The translations under genes were made by a program, and so were the position numbers. From assembly GCA_964658305.1 (NCBI GenBank), contig OZ210885.1, positions 11,842,001 through 11,906,000 on the forward strand: 64,000 nucleotides of DNA, written 5' to 3'. Positions 1-11,029 of this stretch are shown piece after piece. Origin of the DNA: Leptogorgia sarmentosa. Its lineage: Eukaryota. The notes beneath the pieces are model-generated. The model was not told the DNA's origin, made no database searches, and was given only the letters and a program-made list of their open reading frames with translations. Position 1 is the first letter of the stretch; every line of letters begins with the position of its first letter.

Positions 1-1164
1 AAGAGCGTAGTACACAAATGCAACCTCTGTAAGAGGTACAGAGTGAAAGTGATGGATCCGCCAATCACAGCTCCCCTGCCGAACTTTCGAACTGAATTTA
101 CCGAGCCGTTCACCACAACCGGGGTGGATTTCGCTGGCCCGGTATATTACAAGATCGGAAAAGGCCAGACAAGGAAAGCATATATCGCATTGTTCACGTG
201 TGCCGCCACAAGAGCGGTACACCTGAGCCTATGCAGAGAAATGACGCTTGCAGAATTCAAAAGAGTGATGAAGGGCTTCGTAGCGAGAAGGGGAACTCCA
301 AGGCTGTTTGTCAGCGATAACGCCAGGACGTTTCAAGCGACGAAGAAATGGTTATCAACTTTGGCTAGGGATGAAGATCTTTTTAACTATTTGGCGATAA
401 ACGATATTCAGTGGATATTCAACATGGCACGATCACCGTGGTGGGGCGGTTTCTTTCAAAGACTAATCGGAATCATGAAAATTAGCCTTTCGAAGACAAT
501 TGGAAGGGCCTTGTTGAAATTCGAGGAGCTCGAGGAGGTGTTGCTGGATGTCGAAGTATTCATGAATAATCGGTCATTGTGCTATGTTGGTGAAGAATTC
601 GAAGTCCCAGTCGTTACACCAAACATTTTGTTACACGGCCAACCAACCTGTTTTCTAGAGGAGAACACGGACGAGATAGGCGACGAGAAGGAAAAACTGT
701 GCCGAAGATTACGATACATGAAGACCTGTAGACAGAACATTCGAAGGCGGTGGGTCAACGAATACCTCCACGCATTGCAGGAACGATTGGTAGCGAAGAA
801 TCGTAGGAACAATCGAAGTAGCCCACGCAAAAATTCGGTAGTCCTGCTGAAGGATATGACCAAACACCGAGCGAAATGGAAGCTTGGAAAGGTAGTTGAC
901 ACGATTGTTGGAAGGGACGGTATTATGCGAGGCTACAAGGTTAAAACAGGCAACGGTTATGTGATCGAGAGACCACTCCAGTTGGTTTGTGATCTCGAGA
1001 TTTGCCAAAATGTACCGGAGAAAGGAAAAGACAAGACTGGTGTTGTCAACGCGGAAATAGAACATGAAAAGGTCGAGCCAAGAGAACAGAATACACGTAA
1101 AGCAAAGAAGGCGGCTGTGGACCGTTTGGTTGGACTGATTGCTAACGAGAACGAGGAGGACTAG
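1..1164 (+). CDS. BEL/Pao LTR retrotransposon pol C-terminus (integrase plus DUF5641-type tail); ORF open from the window edge
   Basis: Frame 1 is open from base 1. It shows CNLC (end of the HHCC finger), GVDFAGP, FTCAATRAVHL, RRGTP..VSDNA, SPWWGGFF, RWVNEYL and WKLGKV...RPLQLVCDLE, all typical BEL/Pao motifs. Confidence 0.95.
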   Translation, partial: KSVVHKCNLCKRYRVKVMDPPITAPLPNFRTEFTEPFTTTGVDFAGPVYYKIGKGQTRKAYIALFTCAATRAVHLSLCREMTLAEFKRVMKGFVARRGTPRLFVSDNARTFQATKKWLSTLARDEDLFNYLAINDIQWIFNMARSPWWGGFFQRLIGIMKISLSKTIGRALLKFEELEEVLLDVEVFMNNRSLCYVGEEFEVPVVTPNILLHGQPTCFLEENTDEIGDEKEKLCRRLRYMKTCRQNIRRRWVNEYLHALQERLVAKNRRNNRSSPRKNSVVLLKDMTKHRAKWKLGKVVDTIVGRDGIMRGYKVKTGNGYVIERPLQLVCDLEICQNVPEKGKDKTGVVNAEIEHEKVEPREQNTRKAKKAAVDRLVGLIANENEED

Positions 1165-1201
1165 TGACATCAGTAACTATATTTAAGTTGTTAACTTAAA
1201 T

Positions 1202-1211
1202 AGGGGGAGGG
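1202..1211 (+). other. Polypurine tract of the BEL/Pao element
   Basis: AGGGGGAGGG lies immediately before TGTAG and 37 bp after the pol stop. Confidence 0.85.
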
Positions 1212-1663
1212 TGTAGAAAACCTTACGCGGCCTGTTCGCGGGCTGTTGCGTCAGGCCACCTGTTCGCAGGTTAAAGGCAGGAAAAAACGTGGCGAGAACG
1301 TTTTAAGACGGTTTAATACTTTTTATATGGTTATGCAGCCCTTTGTGGCGATTTGAACACAAAATTGTTGATATTAAATTAAAATCACATAAAACTGATG
1401 AGCAGTGAGTGACTATCTAGTGTCGCAGGGGCAAGGGAAAGCGTGAGAGACCAAAATACAAGAGAATTCCCCACAACACTATACAAGAAAGAACTTAAAT
1501 CTACTGCAAACAAAGAGAAACGAAAAGAAATCCAGGAAGTTTTGAATAAGCACATTGATCTTGTAATGTAAGTAATTGCAGTTGAATGAACATTCACCTA
1601 TATGTACCTACCAACTGGGTATTTTAATTATCCCCACTTATACCATACAGAATAATAGTTACA
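1212..1663 (+). mobile_element. 3' LTR of the BEL/Pao element (~450 bp)
   Basis: Starts TGTA directly after the PPT. The probable end is ...GTTACA (TGTA/TACA inverted termini). The end is inferred because the 5' LTR is outside the window. Confidence 0.7.
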
Positions 1664-1793
1664 AGTGACCGCAAGACAGAAATATAGGATCATTAGAATG
1701 TGCAATGCAAGTCGATTTTATTTTGTATCAGCACATCAGAGCGTTAAGCGACGCTCCCGGTTAAGCACATTCGTCACTACACTGCGGCGCTTG

Positions 1794-2219
1794 ATGCCAA
1801 GTAAAAATTTATTAAATAAGCATACGGTATACCTAATAAATTTCTTACCCAGTGGTCAATAAATTATTTCTTTCTAGGAATGAAAGAAAGAATATCATCT
1901 TCATCGCTACAAAGATCCGGCGGAATCCATACTTAATGCCAAGTAAAAATTTATTAAATAAGCGTACGATATACATAATAAATTTCTTACCCAGTGGTCA
2001 ATAAATTATTTCTTTTTAGGAATGAAAGAAAGAAATATCACCTTCATCGCTACAAAGCCCGGCGGAATCCATACTTAATGCTAAGTAAAAATTTATTAAA
2101 TAAGCGTACGATATACCTAATAAATTTCTTACCCAGTGGTCAATAAATTGTTTCTTTTTAGGAATGAAAGAAAGAAATATCACCTTCGAATCATCGCTAC
2201 AAAGCCCGGCGGAATCCAT
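1794..2219 (+). repeat. Tandem repeat, 3 x ~142 bp (intron plus exon piece of the adjacent transposase)
   Basis: Units begin ATGC(C/T)AAGTAAAAATTT at ~1794, ~1936 and ~2077 and end ...GGCGGAATCCAT. Confidence 0.9.
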
Positions 2220-2853
2220 CAAAGTACTTGACAGTCATTATGGATGCCATGGATCAATCAAAAACAAATGTCCCAAATGAATGTCAAATTTGCAAGTCCA
2301 CTGCCAATCTGCAAAAGCTGCGAACACATCTTGTCGGTATAATACTTCACAGCGGATTGAGCCCCACTGGAAAATTTATCTTGGGTGTTTCGATCTTTTT
2401 CAATGGAAGCACGACAGCAATTTGACAAGGAATATACTTCTTATCGTACTCATGTTCAATGATCGTTTTGGTTTGCCACCCGTGTTGAACTTGCAAACTA
2501 GACAACTGCTGGTGTGAAAATAAAAATAAGTTTGTTTTTACACTATTATCATTGCTAGTAGAATGGTCTATGTTTGATAAGGTGAGTTAGATTTTTGTAA
2601 TTCGTAATGATACCTTGAAAGTTAAGCCATTTAATTGAAACGGAGACGAATTAAGAGAGTAGTAACCTTTAGGTTTGAACAGGGATCCGATTTACAACTA
2701 ATATGTATAATATATTCATCAATTAAATTAATTACCCTTCAAACAAAGGGAAATTTTTTACCAGTTGGGCACACTCATGAAGACATAGATGCATTATTTG
2801 GATGCTTTTCAAAATACCTCAAATTAGAAGATGTCTATACAGTTCTATTGTAA
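1878..2853 (+). pseudogene. Degraded intron-containing DUF7869-type putative transposase
   Basis: Fragments KYLTVIMDAMDQSKTNVP, LQ/LDNCWCENKNKFV (frameshifted, followed by a GTGAG donor) and FLPVGHTHEDIDALF. Confidence 0.7.
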
Positions 2854-3157
2854 TGTGTATAATAACTAGCGATGCTAACAACCTGAAGAAAGATCGCTTT
2901 CAATTCTCGTATCTGTTTCAGATTTACAATATTTCGCTTCATAATTTAGCAGCTAAATCGTGTTATTTATGAACTAGTCCTTCCAGCTCCAGGTTCAAAT
3001 CGAAGCTGGTGCTAGCTCCAGGTTCGCGAAGCTGGAGTTACGTACCTGGAGCTGACTGGCTCATCATACCAACGCCAAAACATCAAACCACAGTTCACAC
3101 TTGCCTCACGCGGTCTTTTAAAGTTGACAGTAAACATCAGTAGTTATCGATCAAAAG

Positions 3158-3487
3158 CAGTGGCGGAGGAACAGGGAGGAGGGCTAGGGGGACTTCAGAC
3201 CCCCAGAAGTAAAAGTGGGGGGGGGGGGCTTAGCCCCCCAAAATGCATAAAGAATGGCAGAATGCGAGACACTGAGTCATGAGATCAAATGATCGACACT
3301 CTACAGTATGCACAATTGCATATCCTGATATCCGTATTTTTGTAGATTTAACAATTTTTCAAAGGTAGGAGACACCACTACAGTGACTACACGCTATGCC
3401 GTTTGTGTTTCCACTTACACAAATACTACGATAAACTTTTTTTTAATTTAACCCCTCCTCAAAATAAAATATGTTCCGCCGCCCCTG
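3158..3487. mobile_element. hAT-type MITE (330 bp)
   Basis: TIR CAGTGGCGGAGGAACA / TGTTCCGCCGCCCCTG. Perfect 8-bp TSD ATCAAAAG at 3150-3157 and 3488-3495. Confidence 0.9.
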
Positions 3488-3507
3488 ATCAAAAGGATCT
3501 TATTAAG

Positions 3508-3665
3508 ATGTCAAATCCAAAAGAAAAAGGCAAAAAGCCACCAAAGGAAGAGGAAAAGCCAAGAACGACAACTTGGTTTGGACAGACGACGAAGTCGAAC
3601 TTCTGTTAAATGTCGTCGTCGAATACATGGTTCTCTTGAACAGCAGAAAATGTAGACTGGTAATC
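3508..3665 (+). pseudogene. Myb/SANT-like (PIF/Harbinger accessory ORF) fragment
   Basis: Frameshifted translation NLVWTDDEVELLLNVVVEY...AENVDW. Confidence 0.6.
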
Positions 3666-4116
3666 GTGACTGGGAAGCCGAATTATGCTCGTAATAAGAC
3701 CCATTAGTATCGAAACTATAGCTTGCTTGTTCGCCATGTTTTTATTATGTTCGATCGATAACTGGCGTTGCTTCCGAATGCGCTGGGTTCGAGATGTGAC
3801 GTCATCTTTTTCAAATCGTCAGTTTCATACATGGAAGGAATGCACTCATTGATTGAAGCAGCAAACTTTACGTTTTTCTGACTTTCGTCTCTCTCGCGCC
3901 AATCTAAATTTTTCTCCTTCTTTTAACAATAATGGCGTTTTTCTAACTCTTGCCACAAACAATCTATTTCAGCTACCAAAATTTCGCTTTTTTACCATAA
4001 AACAGCATCACAAAAATGACCTTATGTTAATATTAACTAACCAAGCCTAAAACACTATAACCAAGCCCAAAACATATGCTGGATATGCAAGATAATGCTG
4101 GAAAATTAATCAAGTA

Positions 4117-5087
4117 ATCAGGCATATTTGCAACAGCAACATTATCATTGAAAAACACCCTGAAAAACATTGCAAAACAATATATATGATATATCTTTAA
4201 ATAACATAAGAATGATAAAGTTGTCCGCAAAATGTCGAGACCATACCATAACTAATATAAATAATTGGCATGAAAAGCTACTGTGGCAAAATGTCCTAGA
4301 AACATCGAAACCATTACATAATTATTGGAGAATAGGTTGTTTGCAATGGCGTAAATTTGGAATTTCAGTTGACTGGCAGGTATTGCGAAAATCGATCCAT
4401 TGGAAAGATTTTCAGATTTAGAGACAGTATTCGTCAGAGATATATTCGGCTAACAAAGAACAAACAAATACGTGGCTTCTTCACGACTTGAAGATTTACA
4501 GTGGTATCTATAGACCACCTGGAGATACGTTGCCAGAAGTAGATGACATCTGGCAACATGTGCACAGTTTTGTTGCTGTGGCAATAGAGAATTCAAGTGT
4601 CCCTGTCATCGGGAAGGTCATTGAAAAGTTGGAAAAATCGATCAAAATACATTATTGCAAAGGTTCCTAGAACAAGTAAGAAGTGGACCCCATGGCTTAA
4701 TTATAGAAAGCCTTGGGTAGATGAACTGCCAAAGGAGTGCATTTACTTGTCAGACGTTCAACTTGACGATGACTCAAAACTTCAGACTTCAACAAAAAGG
4801 CAAATAAGGAATTTTTTAAAAAACAAAGAATAAGGTTAGATTGAGAAAGGAAGTTTAGTATTGATATGAAATAAATTCTGTGGAAATTAGTCCGATTGGT
4901 CTCGATGCCAACATATTAATACAGACAGATGCTGGTTCTGTTGTTTTAAAGGCAGCTTTATAACTGAATTGTAACTGAATTCAAATTTCGACCTGAGAAA
5001 GCAGTTTCATCACTTCGCTAGATCTCACAGGTTTTGTGAGAAATTGAGCCAAGTTCTCAAAAGCGTCAGTTATTATCCGACCATGTT
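4117..5087 (+). repeat. Dispersed ~1-kb duplicate (copy 1) carrying a pseudogenised domain (PVIGKV..IHY.KGS..W.PW..KPWVDELPKECIYL)
   Basis: Near-identical to ~31403-32360. The coding part at 4488-4833 has an in-frame TAG. Confidence 0.9.
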
Positions 5088-5328
5088 TAAGTTATTTTGT
5101 AATTCCTGTAAAGCTGAAAACGTTCGATTGAAATGAAGCGCTGTGAGAATGGCGTAATGTTACAGTATGTCCTCTGTAAACGGGACATAAAAAAACTGCA
5201 TTTCATTTTTTCAACGTCGACAATGCGATGCATGCAGCGTTATATGCAGCTATATAAATATTTTGCTATTTGACCATGCCCGGTTTTGAAATGCCCGGAT
5301 TGTCAATGTAATATCGAGACATGTTGAT

Positions 5329-6567
5329 ATGAAAAAGAAATGTGGATTTTCCCATTACATTGTTTTGCAATGTAAAAATATGGAGTGTGAATATGGAGCT
5401 TTCAGAGAAATTGGGAAAGGTCATACTGGCATGACAATGTTCAACAAGATCATGAATATGCCTTCACCACCAACCCGCCGTGTGTTTACAAAGATACAAA
5501 ATGAAAAGGTTTTGCCAGTCGTAAAGAGGTTGGCTACTGATAGTATGCTAAACAATGCTTACAAAGTCAGAGATGAAAGTGCAAATGATGACAAAGAATG
5601 TGGAGGAGTGTCGATCGATGGTACTTGGCAGAAGAGAAGATATTCGTCCTACAACGGGGTCGTTACTGTGATCTCTTTGGATACCAAGAAATGTCTTGAC
5701 GTGGAAGTGTTGTCAGACAAGTGCAATTAGTGCCAAAAGTGGGGAAAAAGGACTAATGATCCAAGTTACAGTGCATGGAAAGCATCACACATCTGCAAGA
5801 TCAATCATGAAGGAAGTGCAGGAAGCATGGAAACAACTGGTGCTGTTCGGATTTTTGAACGGTCACTGGCTACAAGAGGGCTGAAATATGCAAACATGCT
5901 TGGAGATGGGGATTCCTCAACTTATAATAGCATTGTTGAGAGCCAGCCATATGGAGAGGATTGTATTCCAAACAAATTAGAGTGCATTGGCCATGTACAC
6001 AAGAGGGTTGGAAGACGTCTGCGTAAACTGAAGAGTTCCAACAAAGGGTTGACATTGGCTGATGGAAAAAAAGGTTTGTCTGGTAAAGGTAGGCTGACTG
6101 ATAAGAATCCGCAGCAAGGAGAAGACAGTTGGTGTGGATATCAGAAAGACAAGGAGGGATATAAACATAAAAATGGAATCCCAGGCTGTATTGTTGATCT
6201 GATCAAGGCCATCTACAAAGACCTCAGTAAGCCTGAACTATTGAGCAAGTGTACGCATGGCTTGACGCAGAACGTCAATGAATGCTTGAACAACCTGATC
6301 TGGAATAGATGCCCCAAGTCCATTTTTGTTGAGCAAGAGACAGTGGCTCTTGCCACCTACCTGGCCATTTTGAAGTTCAATGATGGTGATATTTCTTTTG
6401 TCAAGTTATTTCAAGACCTGGATATAACTCCGGGCCAACTGGAAGATTGCGTATTATTGGGAAAAGGTGCCAACAGTATTATCCAAAATTCCCGTCCCCA
6501 AGGATGCAAGTCAAGAAAAGTGCAACAAAAACCAAAAAAAATTGAAGTCAGTTGGATTTTGTTTTGA
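5329..6567 (+). pseudogene. Mutator-like (MULE) transposase pseudogene
   Basis: IGKGH, SIDGTWQKR, NHEGSAGSME, MLGDGDSSTY, KLECIGHVHKR and THGLTQNVNECLN. There is an internal TAG at 5728 and internal deletions. Confidence 0.9.
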
Positions 6568-6709
6568 CGTATAAAAAAACTAGCTATGAAGGTTATTTGT
6601 GTTTGTCAATTCTATGACTATCTTTGTTTGATAATACTGAGATTTATACTCACTGAAATCATATGTGTTCTTCCAATTCTTTTGTGTATTAATTTCTTGT
6701 TTATTTCCA

Positions 6710-7150
6710 TAGCGAGGTGAACACGCCAATGTGAACATCTTGACCGCGACACGCGTGGCGTGTTTCTTCAAGAATGTGATAGGACACGCAAGATGTGTTC
6801 TACAGGACACGCAAGATGTGTACTTCGCAACACGGGTAGTGTGTCGTTTTTGCAACACACCAACTTGTCCCCTATATCGACACGCCTGCAGCAGGTGTGT
6901 GTTCTGACAACACACCCGAGCTAGCAACACGCTAAATCTATAACACACCGCCGTGTTCTTACGGGGTTCCTGGCGTGTTATTAACAACACGCCAATATTC
7001 TCAGACTTGTTGTTACAGTCGTAACAACACGCTTCAATAGTAGTAGTAGTTAAATATAGTAGGAATACACTTCCTACTATAGTGGAATGTGGCTAAAATG
7101 TGGCGTGTTGTTATAGGGGACAAAAAGTGTGTTCCTACAACACGCTTGTT
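6710..7150. repeat. ACACGC/GCGTGT-rich subterminal-repeat block of an unclassified non-autonomous element
   Basis: More than 10 AACACG/ACACGC motifs in both orientations. Ends are not resolved. Confidence 0.5.
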
Positions 7151-7407
7151 TTTCTAATATCCCAGTCTCGAAACAACTTAACTGTTGGCTGAGTACGCTA
7201 TGGCCCACACTATGCGTGCCAAACAAGGATCTAATTTCTCAAAACACAGACAAAAGATAAGAGGAACTGAGACGTCAGGTTTCAGTCAAGCACCTCAACC
7301 TAACAACAGAAGCACGCAGTAAACGATGCACGAACGAATGGCGAACATGGACGGATTTCACAACACTTGATAGCACCACGCAGAAACACGATAGGAATTC
7401 ACAACAC

Positions 7408-7790
7408 TTCTTCAACTCTTCGATTCCTCAACTCTTCGATTCCTCAACTCTTCGATTCCTCAACTCTTCGATTCCTCAACTCTTCGATTCCTCAACTCTT
7501 CGATTCCTCAACTCTTCGATTCCTCAACTCTTCGATTCCTCAACTCTTCGATTCCTCAACTCTTCGATTCCTCAACTCTTCGATTCCTCAACTCTTCGAT
7601 TCCTCAACTCTTCGATTCTTCAACTCTTCGATTCTTCAACTCTTCGATTCTTCAACTCTTCGATTCTTCAACTCTTCGATTCTTCAACTCTTCGATTCTT
7701 CAACTCTTCGATTCTTCAACTCTTCGATTCTTCAACTCTTCGATTCTTCAACTCTTCGATTCTTCAACTCTTCGATTCATCAATTCTTCG
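7408..7790. repeat. 16-bp minisatellite, ~24 units of TTC(C/T)TCAACTCTTCGA
   Basis: Direct reading of the array. Confidence 0.97.
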
Positions 7791-8110
7791 CCCGGAGGCA
7801 ATTTACTTGCTATTCCGAGCCATACTTTAACAGAGAAAAGCGAGCTTAAGATTACGGGACGCGGCAACCCGGAAGATGATATTCCATTTCCATTTATAGC
7901 GCATGCGTGATTTCACGTCGTCACAGTTTTTATAACTAACTTTGTTCTTTCATGGAATGGCTCAATCAACTAAAACTATACATCGCTTCACAGAAGATAC
8001 AACAAAATAGTAGTTTTATAACAATCTTATTGTTTTTATTTTTTAAAATGTTCTTTAGTGATAATCTTAATGCGAAGAATTTAGCGCGCGGGCTCTGAAC
8101 AAACATCGCT

Positions 8111-9183
8111 GGTTGAAACCAACGTGGTTGTTTTATCTCCAGGGAGACGACGCTAATTTTTTTTCCGTAGACAGTCGGTAGCATCCTTGATGGTCGGTAG
8201 CATCATTTAGATGTGACCGGCAGTCACAAAGTCGCAGCCTAATATAAAGCTGTTTGCTTACGGTAAACTTTCGGCAAGCTGGCTGCTAGCGCTTTCGGTA
8301 AGGAGCGCAGCACACAACAAACCGAAGCGCGGTGGGGTTGGAATTTCTTTTCGTCGGAAGACTTGTTTATTTTTGTCAAAAATTTCTAATTGAAGATATT
8401 TTTTCTCGCTTCATAGTGTTTAGGGTTAGACTGTTATAAGGTTAGGGTCAGGTTTACCGTTTGGGTTTGGATTATTTCGTAAAAATAAATGGAGTTTAAC
8501 TACAGTCGAAAATTTCCCGAATAAAAAAGTCGATGATGCTACCGACCATCAAGGATGCTACCGACTGTCTCCGGAAAAAAAATTTGCGGAGACGACGTTG
8601 CCGGCGAACATTCTCTTCACTGCTTTTTTCTTGCGCTCGATCACCTAGTTGCCGGGTAGCACTCTTTCGCGACCGGTGCGCGAGTGCGGAAATGGTAGCC
8701 AGCAGACACACATAGAGATCAGAAGGAGACTCGGACTGCGTTTCAGTTTGTTGTGCGAAAAGAGACGCCGAGGTTGGGATGTTCGTTTCAGAAATTTTTG
8801 GCATGTTCATTCAGACAATGTGTATTTACTAGTAGTTTGTATGTATGTATGCAGTTGTCAGTCCATACAGTGTCCATGTCGCTTTCAATTGCATTATCTT
8901 TGGCTTATAGATAAATATAGTGCCAAGTTTGACAACTCACAGAGCAGGAACTTCGGCCCTTACTACTTGATGATTATCTATCGACACATTTGCGTTTTGT
9001 TTTAATGTTCATTGACATAATACTGTTTTACCAACAATGTATATTACGATACGTAATTATAGTCTCATTTCGTATCATCATATCACGTGAAAAATATATT
9101 TCCGAAGCTTTTCAAAAACTGGCAAATAGTACATTACTGAATTTATTTAGTCTATTTTTGTATGATGAAAACATCTTCCCAGT
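8111..9183 (+). repeat. ~680-bp dispersed cassette (copy 1, carrying the MITE insertion); copy 2 at ~14744-15424
   Basis: The segment GTTGAAACCAACGTGG...ATCTTCCCAG is shared between the two loci. Confidence 0.85.
8152..8587. mobile_element. Mutator-type MITE (436 bp)
   Basis: ~55-bp TIRs and a 9-bp TSD GGAGACGAC (8143-8151, 8588-8596). The empty site is visible at ~14775. Confidence 0.92.
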
Positions 9184-9691
9184 GCCCATGAAATGAAAAA
9201 TTGTTTTCTTCCTTTTCGAGTCAGGAACTTTAGCAAACATATAACGTTTCTACAACAAACATTACTCACATTTTTATACCCCGTCGATTTTAGAAATAGA
9301 ATAATATTACTACACTGTTATTTTAGGGTGTTATTTTAACACCCTTTTGGTACTGGTCGTCTTGGACGTGGGTCTAAAAATAGACCGATATTCAGTATTC
9401 TCATATTTTACCTTTCGCTTTTCTCTGATACTGTTCCCGGATACGCTTGCTTGAAATTTTTGGACGTAGGCCCAAGCTTGCTTGTGAATAAAATGGATTC
9501 TTTTGGGTGTTTCTTTCTTGATAATATAAATAAAAGTATTACTCGACCAAATCACAGTGCAATATTATGTTATTACTTTGAACCAATCAAATTAGAGTTC
9601 AAGCTACAGTTTGCATCAAAACAAAACAAACATAGCGTCCGCGCTATGCAAAGCAAAAATTGTCTTCAGTTAGAGTTAGCGTGGCCGCGAG

Positions 9692-9763
9692 TGTTTCATC
9701 TTGAAGTGAACACTTAACCTTCTGATCTGAAGTCAGACGCGCTACCAATTGCGCTACAAGGTC
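9692..9763 (-). pseudogene. tRNA-Trp-derived pseudogene with TCA anticodon
   Basis: GACCTTGTAGCGCAATTGGTAGCGCGTCTGACTTCAGATCAGAAGGT matches eukaryotic tRNA-Trp. The T-arm and 3' acceptor strand are disrupted. Confidence 0.75.
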
Positions 9764-9805
9764 GTAGCGCTGTTAAAATGGTTTGGTTGAAATTTTCAGA
9801 AAAAA

Positions 9806-9877
9806 TTCCCACCCAGAAAATCGAACCCGGGCCATGGCGGTGAAAACGCCAGATCCTAACCACTAGAGCACATGGGA
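9806..9877 (-). tRNA. tRNA-Glu(TTC), T-stem mismatches, probably a pseudogene
   Basis: TCCCATGTG..TGGTTAGGAT, anticodon arm TGGCG-TTTTCAC-CGCCA, GGTTCGATT. Confidence 0.75.
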
Positions 9878-9967
9878 GTGATAACTTGTTGACTATTCCT
9901 GTGTTACAAAGCCAGTTTGTTTCTCGTGTTGCAGTTGAAATTGAAATGCAACAAAATGAAAATAATC

Positions 9968-10038
9968 TGCGTTAGCGGGGAATCGAAGCCCGGTCTCGCG
10001 CGTGGCAGGCGAAAATTCTACCATTGAACCACGAACGC
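9968..10038 (-). tRNA. tRNA-Gly(GCC), degenerate
   Basis: GCGTTCGTGGTTCAATGGTAGAATTTTCGCCTGCCACGCG...TTCGATTCCCCGCTAACGCA, with several stem mismatches. Confidence 0.75.
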
Positions 10039-11029
10039 AAAGTTGCCCAATTCTTTCGTTATAATGTTAATATTCCACAAGATGCCGAACATTTTCACCA
10101 AACACCTTCATAATAAATCAGAGTAAGTTTTAGGAAATTGCTACACTTTAAACATGATCAGCAAAATCATTTTTTTGTGGAAAAGCAAGATCATTTCAAC
10201 AAGGACTTAAATACAGAAAACACCAAAAGAATGGGTAAGAATAGAGCCAGTATAATAGCAATGGTTTTGCTATTGTAGTTCTGCACATGCGCAAGGTGTG
10301 CGCATGATTGACATCCGGTCAGAATTTTGCAATCCTTCGAACTGGGATACACGTGGACTGTTTGTCAGTCGTAGTTTCTAAAATATTTTTGAAAAAATGG
10401 CCTTTAATACTGCATCGAGTGGTAACCCTAGCTGCGCTGGAATTGAAAGGCTGGAATCTGGAGTGAACATCGCTAAATATAAGGTATGTTCGAGTAAAGT
10501 CTCCTCTCAGTGTCACTCACTTAGATCGCGTAGTACACTATAAGTCTATAACTTTACTCTACTGGCAATATCAATTGTTGTAGATTGTAGTATTGTTATT
10601 TGCAAACAACTATGTTTTCTTGTTTCTTTACACTAAACATTTTCATGTATAAATTCTGTGTAGGCTCGAGGTTTCTGTGCAAGACGTCCACGATTTTTTG
10701 AAATCAGAGCGCAAACCTCATGCTCACTTTGAAAATCTCGACAAGACCAGCAAGGAGAAATGCCATTTACACGCTATCCCAATATTCACGAAACTTAACC
10801 TTCCATCAACATCTTAAACATCCCATCGCCTTTGTTACGCATTTTATATTTGTTAGGTTTTTTTACCAAATGAAAAGAATCTTCACAATGCCGCAATCCT
10901 GGAGTCGATTCTACTTAAGAATCATCCCTTCAAGCAGCCGAATCAAAGGAAGCAATCGGATTTACCAACCAGCAACAAGATTCACGAGTATTCCCAGTCT
11001 GTGATCAACTTGTGTGGAACGGTATCCCG

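Noticed and set aside
582..1170. Antisense ORFs of 106 and 153 aa
   Set aside because: They are shadows of the BEL integrase frame.
1395..1440. CTGATGAG hammerhead core in the LTR
   Set aside because: There is no stem II with a properly placed GAAA.
1794..2219. CRISPR-like array (also considered for 7408-7790 and 27108-27195)
   Set aside because: These are tandem units without unique spacers, there are no cas genes, and the context is eukaryotic.
7367..7849. 160-aa repetitive ORF
   Set aside because: It is a translation of the 16-bp minisatellite, with no sign of a real gene.
8418..8470. Interstitial telomere
   Set aside because: Only a few degenerate TTAGGG units, inside a MITE.
9692..9763. 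Selenocysteine tRNA
   Set aside because: The body is Trp-type with a short variable loop and none of the tRNA-Sec features.
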